A stretch of 54,024 bases of DNA. It comes from an uncultured bacterium (GTDB lineage: Bacteria; Patescibacteriota; Minisyncoccia; Phycocordibacterales; PALSA-1337). The stretch lies in contig CAIQIZ010000011.1 of the NCBI GenBank assembly GCA_903872035.1, positions 1-54,024 on the forward strand, given 5' to 3'. The translations under genes were made by a program, and so were the position numbers. Positions 48,827 to 54,024 of the stretch are shown here, one piece after another; the first letter of the stretch is position 1, and each line of letters opens with the position of its first letter. The notes below the pieces were generated by a model. The model was not told the DNA's origin, did not search any database, and was given only the letters and a program-made list of their open reading frames with translations.

Positions 48827-49405
48827 TTACTGCTGACGGAGCCAGTATGTCTTGAGGCTTACTTTATACGTGTAAACTCCGCTATCAGTTGCTGCCATTG
48901 AAAGGCTGGTGACATCCAGCAAACGAAGATCTGCCTCCAGGTCCTGCATAAAGCCTTTGAACTGGATGTATGGCGCTGATACCTCAAAACCTATATTGAC
49001 CGTATCGAGCTTGGGACCAGGGTTCGATGATTGGTTAGCAGTTGCCACAGCTTGGCCTGGGTTTTGTTTTGTTCCAGCACTATCCGGAACCGAGGTCTTG
49101 ATTTTCTGCAAAGAAAAACCGTGTTTCAAAGCCACACCGTTCAAATCGATGATCAATCGTATATTGTCCACAGAGTTCGGCACGATCTTATCAAGACGAT
49201 CGCGGTCATTTTGAGAGATGTTATTGTAACTGCTTATGACTTGATTCAAGGCAACGATGGACTTGTTAGCACTTTCGATGGCAGCTTGATACTGCGTATT
49301 TATGACCTGAACCTGACCTGCTTGATCCATGACAGATTGTGTCACGGTAAAATATATGCCGATAGCGAGAACGATGAGGATTGTGGCAATGACGTTGCGA
49401 TTCAT
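48827..49405 (-). CDS. PilO-like pilus alignment protein
   Basis: TM plus coiled coil; RLDKIVP, YIQFKGFMQDLEADLRLLDV; position after the pilM/pilN-like genes. Confidence 0.75.
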   Translation of the reverse strand: MNRNVIATILIVLAIGIYFTVTQSVMDQAGQVQVINTQYQAAIESANKSIVALNQVISSYNNISQNDRDRLDKIVPNSVDNIRLIIDLNGVALKHGFSLQKIKTSVPDSAGTKQNPGQAVATANQSSNPGPKLDTVNIGFEVSAPYIQFKGFMQDLEADLRLLDVTSLSMAATDSGVYTYKVSLKTYWLRQQ

Positions 49406-49406
49406 G

Positions 49407-50054
49407 TTATTGATTTGGGGTCGATGTTCCACTCAACATATTTTCGTATGATAAACCGCTCTGATCTATCGCGGCTGAAAAGCCAAAAGAGACAGTACCG
49501 ACCGGATCAAGAGTCGGATCGGCAATGATAGGATTCTTCACGACATTGTGCACGTTGTATTCCTGAAGCGAGCCCAACACGTCTGATTGAAAAGCGACGG
49601 AGCTCAAGTTTGCACCGTATCCGGTCATAGAGATATTCAAATCATCTGTAGGTAAAACTGGCGCGCCAAGCTTTAGAGTCAAAAACCGGACATTTTCTAT
49701 AGTGAACTTTGAGATAATATCAAATAATTGCGACATGGCCGTATGGTTCGTCAGAAGTTGCCTAGCCGTGTCGATCTGCAAACCGGCCTGCTTTAGTTGT
49801 GCGATCTGATCTGGATTGAACTGCTTTTCAAGATCGGTCAGGGTCTTCTTGTACTTTTCTTGAGTTGAAACGAGATATTGTTTCCACACGTAAGCTCCAC
49901 CGACTCCAGCCAAAGAGGCAACGAACAGCACGATTGCCAAAATCATAAAGACGCTCGTGCTAGTGCCCCCAGTCTTGTGGACCGACTGGAAGGTTGTACC
50001 CGTGCTGATCACAGGCTTTTTGGGGATAAATGAGGTTTGGAATTTAGGCTCCAT
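49407..50054 (-). CDS. PilN-like pilus alignment protein
   Basis: FQTSFIPKK N-terminus, TM, coiled coil; downstream of pilM. Confidence 0.7.
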   Translation of the reverse strand: MEPKFQTSFIPKKPVISTGTTFQSVHKTGGTSTSVFMILAIVLFVASLAGVGGAYVWKQYLVSTQEKYKKTLTDLEKQFNPDQIAQLKQAGLQIDTARQLLTNHTAMSQLFDIISKFTIENVRFLTLKLGAPVLPTDDLNISMTGYGANLSSVAFQSDVLGSLQEYNVHNVVKNPIIADPTLDPVGTVSFGFSAAIDQSGLSYENMLSGTSTPNQ

Positions 50055-50109
50055 GATTCGAATCTAATTATAGCAGATACGGCCTAAGTCAAGGCTGTGT
50101 ATAACCAAG

Positions 50110-51207
50110 CTATTCCAACTCTGAAAGCCTACGCAAAGCCACACCGATAGCGACGGCGAATTCGGGGCCAGCCTGGGCGAACTCTTCTGCCAAAAAGGCC
50201 GGTGTTTCCAATTTGCCGAAAGGATCCGCATAGACTATCTCGGTCTGAAAACTGATCTTGGCAAGATCTGTAAAGCCCCGGAGCAGCACACCGCCACCAG
50301 TCAAGATGATTTTGCTGACATTCTTGCCATATTTTTTCTGATAATTGAGCAAAGTGGCATTAGACTCATAGAACATATAATCCAGATTAACCGTGATTAT
50401 CTCTGTGAGCTCCTTATATTCCGGTCCACCCTTCAGCCCGTAGGTACGTTTTAGGCTTTCAGCTTCACCGACAGAAATAGACAAAGCCTTTGAAAGAGCC
50501 AAGGTGATATCCTGACTGCCCTTATTTATGATGTGCGAGGAACGGAGCATGCCGCGTTCGACGATGTACAGTTTGGTAGAACGAGCGCCCATGTCAATGA
50601 CCATGTTCGTGGTCACACCTTGATCGAGGATGGCTCGGATCGAACTAAAGATCTCTATCTCATAGAAGCTAGGGGTTAGACCGCAACCGGTCATGATCGA
50701 CTGGTATTCATTGATGTAATCATTGTGTATAGCAACAACCAAGACATCTTTGCCCTGCTTCTCTGTCTTACTCGATTCATCTTCGCTCACATAGGCTTCT
50801 TCCTTGGGGATGATCGAGTAGTCGAGCAATACTTCATTGAGCGGCACTGGAATATACTTCCTGGCTTCGATCTGCACGACATCGCCGATCTTGCTGTCCT
50901 CGACCGGTGGTATGGTGATGAAAGTTATGAGGCTAGCTGAAAGCGGTAGAGCCGATCCGCAAGTGACGGTGGTAGTTTTAGCCTCACGAAGGATATCTTT
51001 GACAGCCTCGATGACTTTTTCCGGCGGCAATTGTACCGCCCGACCGACTTCGATCTGACCATAAGGACCAAGCGCCAATTCTCCGTAAGTTTCCAATACG
51101 GCCTTGCCACGCTTCTTTTTTATTTGCACGACCTTTATGGCAGATGAGCCGATATCGAGGCCGAGCACGCTTGTTTCTTTCTTAAAAAATGACGACAAGA
51201 ATGACAT
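50110..51207 (-). CDS. pilM: Type IV pilus assembly protein PilM
   Basis: LGLDIGSSAIKVV, EARKYIP, IDMGA, ILTGGG, AIGVALR. Confidence 0.93.
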   Translation of the reverse strand: MSFLSSFFKKETSVLGLDIGSSAIKVVQIKKKRGKAVLETYGELALGPYGQIEVGRAVQLPPEKVIEAVKDILREAKTTTVTCGSALPLSASLITFITIPPVEDSKIGDVVQIEARKYIPVPLNEVLLDYSIIPKEEAYVSEDESSKTEKQGKDVLVVAIHNDYINEYQSIMTGCGLTPSFYEIEIFSSIRAILDQGVTTNMVIDMGARSTKLYIVERGMLRSSHIINKGSQDITLALSKALSISVGEAESLKRTYGLKGGPEYKELTEIITVNLDYMFYESNATLLNYQKKYGKNVSKIILTGGGVLLRGFTDLAKISFQTEIVYADPFGKLETPAFLAEEFAQAGPEFAVAIGVALRRLSELE

Positions 51208-51246
51208 GGTTATTAGTATACACTATTTGGAGTATACTAGTCCCAT

Positions 51247-51927
51247 ATGTCGCCCATCCGCGCCATTTTTTTGACCGTCATAGAAGCCCTGTTCCCTACT
51301 CCAACAGCCGAACGGGAGGTTATATCCATGGGCGCATTTGAAGCATGGAAATCTCTTCCCCGTGCCAAGAATTTTCCTATATCGGACGCCTGTTCCATCT
51401 TCGCCTACAAGAACGAGATGGTTTGGCGACTTATCTGGGCAATTAAGTACAAGAAGTCCCGCCCGGCCGCCACCATTGCCGCTCATGCCCTATTTCGAAT
51501 CTTGCGAACCTACGCTTCAGTTGCTCCGTCGCTCGTCATCATTCCCATGCCTATCACCCGGAAACGCCGTCGTGAGCGCGGCTACAACCAATGCGAATTG
51601 ATCTTAGAAGAAATCGAAAAACTGGAGACCCGTGAACCGAGTATTGGCGGACTGGATAATCGCATGAAATTCGTCCGCGATCTCCTCATCCGCCCACATC
51701 ATAAATCGCGACAGACTTTGAAGGATCGGGCCGAGCGCATCGAGAGCGCTGAAGATATATTCATGGTCGATAAAAAAGTGCTCGAAAGATTCGGTCAGCC
51801 GACAAAAGATTCTCTTGTGATCATTATTGACGATGTGGTCACTACTGGTTCGACGATAAGAAATGCCGTGCAAACTTTGCGACGCGTCGGATTCGCAAAT
51901 GTCTTCGGGCTTTCGGTGGCGCATTAA
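51247..51927 (+). CDS. comF: ComF-family phosphoribosyltransferase-like competence protein
   Basis: IKY, IPMP...RERGYNQ, IIDDVVTTGST. Confidence 0.88.
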   Translation: MSPIRAIFLTVIEALFPTPTAEREVISMGAFEAWKSLPRAKNFPISDACSIFAYKNEMVWRLIWAIKYKKSRPAATIAAHALFRILRTYASVAPSLVIIPMPITRKRRRERGYNQCELILEEIEKLETREPSIGGLDNRMKFVRDLLIRPHHKSRQTLKDRAERIESAEDIFMVDKKVLERFGQPTKDSLVIIIDDVVTTGSTIRNAVQTLRRVGFANVFGLSVAH

Positions 51928-53124
51928 TTAAATTACAATCTTCACAAACCTCCTCTTCCCAATTTTCAAAATAGTCGTTTTGGCCGGATTGAAATTTGGA
52001 TCAGTAATCTTTTGATCAGCTTCGGTTCGGACGGCACCTCCATCTATCAATCGTCGCCACTCGGCCTTCGAAGGAATAAGACGGCCTTTGATCAAAGCTT
52101 CAGAAAGCACTTCGCCTTTGGCAAGCTTAACTTTTTGGATATCTTCTGGAACTCCGCCTTTGGCGAAAGTATCATTGAAAGCATTCTCGGCTTCTTTGGC
52201 TTTCGGTTCTCCATGGAAGCGTTTGACTATATCGAAGGCGATAGCAGCCTTGGCATCTCTGGGGCCTTTGGCCATCAATGCATCCTTTTCACTTAGCCGG
52301 ATGCGTGTGCAATTTACAAATAATGGGTCGATCATCGGATCAGGTAAAGCCATTATGGAACCGTAAAGCTCATTGGCCGACACATTTATGAATACGCCGG
52401 TTCCATTGCTCTTTGACATGAGCTCACCAGTCTTGGGATTGGCGATCAAGTTTACCGCGATTACGAATTTATCTTTATTTTTCAGGCGCTTGAGAAGTGT
52501 GCGGCCAGCCAAAGCGTTGAAGATCTGATCTGTTCCGCACAATTCAGCGTCGACTTCCATGGCCACGCTATCATAGCCCTGCATCAAAGGATACATGAAT
52601 TCATGCAAATGGATCGGTGTCCCCTCTTTCAAGCGCTTCTCGAACATATCTCGCTCTATCATTTGTTGAACGGTAAAATTGGAAGCGATACCTACGATAT
52701 CAGCGAAGGTCAATTTTGAAAGCCATTCAGAGTTATAGAGGACCTTTGCCGGATTTTCCTTATCAGTAAGATTTATGATCGGCTTCACCTGCTCCAGCCA
52801 TGTCGCCATATTATGTTTGACTTCTTCGGCCGTGAGCTGTTTCCTGGTAGCGCTTTTGTCGGAAGGATCACCGATCATGGCAGTGAAATCACCGAACAAC
52901 AAGACGACTTCGTGCCCAAGCGCACGCAAATCTTCAAGGAACATGATATTCTTGGCACCACCAAGATGAAGCGCCGTGAAAGTGGGGTCAAAACCGATAT
53001 AAATTTTAATACGATCGCCGGACATGAGTTTTTTCACAAGCTCTTCCTTTGACGGCAACACCTCCACAACCGTGCCGCGGGCAAAAATCTCTTCTATCCT
53101 AGCTTTGTCTGTTATGGTTTTCAT
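51928..53124 (-). CDS. tyrS: Tyrosine--tRNA ligase
   Basis: YIGFDPT, GDFTAMIGDPS, EFMYPLMQGYD, GTDQ, MSKS, C-terminal S4-like domain ending KIGKRRF. Confidence 0.96.
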   Translation of the reverse strand: MKTITDKARIEEIFARGTVVEVLPSKEELVKKLMSGDRIKIYIGFDPTFTALHLGGAKNIMFLEDLRALGHEVVLLFGDFTAMIGDPSDKSATRKQLTAEEVKHNMATWLEQVKPIINLTDKENPAKVLYNSEWLSKLTFADIVGIASNFTVQQMIERDMFEKRLKEGTPIHLHEFMYPLMQGYDSVAMEVDAELCGTDQIFNALAGRTLLKRLKNKDKFVIAVNLIANPKTGELMSKSNGTGVFINVSANELYGSIMALPDPMIDPLFVNCTRIRLSEKDALMAKGPRDAKAAIAFDIVKRFHGEPKAKEAENAFNDTFAKGGVPEDIQKVKLAKGEVLSEALIKGRLIPSKAEWRRLIDGGAVRTEADQKITDPNFNPAKTTILKIGKRRFVKIVI

Positions 53125-53197
53125 GGCTCTATATTAGCGTGAATCATCGAAAAAGAAAACGGCGGTTTTGATCTTGGATATGGCCAGTGTTCAAGGT

Positions 53198-53244
53198 AAA
53201 AAAAGGCCCCGGCGGATTGCATCACGTCGAGGCTTGAAAAAAAA
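53198..53244 (-). terminator. Probable intrinsic terminator of the 53297-53773 gene
   Basis: Minus strand reads AAGCCTCGACG...CGCCGGGGCC followed by a T run; A-runs flank both sides. Confidence 0.55.
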
Positions 53245-53296
53245 GATGCGGTACTGCGAATCGTTCAGAACTATCGCGTGCGGGCGTAAGGCCCGC

Positions 53297-53773
53297 TCAG
53301 ATCGGCAAATTTCGACAGTCACCGCTATCGGACGGCACGATCGCCTGATCGTGAAGGGTTGAAGCCGACACATCAACGAACTGTGTTTTCTTGGCGACGA
53401 CCTGTTCAACACGGTCAGTGGCCAGATTTAATACCATCGGATTTGCACGACGGTCGCCTGTCCAGGAGGTACCAGGCACCGTCATCACCGAAATGGGATT
53501 GAATGAGCTAGGCTGTAGGCCGGGAATGCTCTCGGCCACGGTTCCGGTAGGAATATCAGCTATCACAACCGCGAACATTTCCATTCCAAATGCCGCAATA
53601 GCGTTCTGACTTCCACCCGTGACTATCACCGACTGCACTTCCTCAACAGGGGGAACTCGAGACCCCTCGAATAATGGAAGTACATGATTCGCCCATAGGT
53701 CTGGTGCCCGGGCAAGGCTGGCCGCGAGCAATAGGACGATGCTCGCCGGCGTTACCATGAACCGAATGCTCAT
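53297..53773 (-). CDS. Hypothetical protein with hydrophobic N-terminus
   Basis: 158-aa ORF with a signal-like segment and a downstream terminator; no motif recognised. Confidence 0.5.
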   Translation of the reverse strand: MSIRFMVTPASIVLLLAASLARAPDLWANHVLPLFEGSRVPPVEEVQSVIVTGGSQNAIAAFGMEMFAVVIADIPTGTVAESIPGLQPSSFNPISVMTVPGTSWTGDRRANPMVLNLATDRVEQVVAKKTQFVDVSASTLHDQAIVPSDSGDCRNLPI

Positions 53774-53916
53774 TTGTTGTTTGATCCTTTCGGTTTAGCC
53801 GCTCAATGACTTTAACTATTGATTTCTAAAAAGAGCGACTGGGAAAGAGTCTAAACCAAACCAACATTGCAGTCAAGTGTGTGTGGTTCTTGGAGAATTA
53901 GTGTTGTGGATATCTA

Positions 53917-53988
53917 ATGAAAAAGGCGGTGTTACGCTGTGATTTGTAGTTTCCCAATTACCAATCACATAAACAACGCCTTTTTCAT
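53917..53988. other. Long imperfect hairpin
   Basis: ATGAAAAAGGCG / CGCCTTTTTCAT perfect 12 bp, plus inner TGTT/AACA and TGTGATT/AATCACA pairs. Confidence 0.6.
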
Positions 53989-54024
53989 GAAAAAAGATAT
54001 CATGGAATGGTTCCAACTTCGAGG

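Noticed and set aside
53168-53609. Short plus-strand ORFs after tyrS
   Set aside because: They overlap a terminator-like hairpin and the more plausible minus-strand ORF, and have no motifs.

Overview
This window looks like a Patescibacteria/CPR (Parcubacteria-like) chromosome segment; the taxonomy is inferred from gene content and style, not from a marker gene. (1) The first 13.2 kb is one giant minus-strand ORF (13207 to <1, more than 4400 codons) that the ORF track misses because it has no stop inside the window. It encodes a secreted protein: signal peptide, Ser/Thr/Pro stalk, about 49 GLUG-type repeats each carrying a PGRS-like (GGX)n insert, a 7-repeat beta-propeller and Fn3 domains. (2) Next come a TIM-barrel isomerase, a GAF protein, a secreted CotH-kinase-like/Ig protein, a PMT-like protein O-mannosyltransferase with a GT2, and a membrane protein with an RxxxxH motif. 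(3) gatA, gatC and ligA follow. gatA and ligA carry several in-frame palindromic or heptad-repeat DNA insertions, and two ligA inserts share a 24-nt core in opposite orientations. (4) A type IV pilus/competence locus (pilM-N-O-P-like, pilB, a receiver protein, pilT, pilC, pilins, pilD, minor pilins, comF) is split by a ~13 kb glycan island (O-antigen-ligase/OTase-like gene, phosphoglycosyl transferase, PAP2, GT-C, GT2/GT8, methyltransferase, wzm/wzt interrupted by hicBA). (5) tyrS and a hypothetical gene end the window. Many genes have a -10 hexamer 6-8 nt before the ATG, suggesting leaderless mRNAs. I saw no rRNA, tRNA, CRISPR array, transposase or reverse transcriptase. All family calls are by motif recognition, without database searches.
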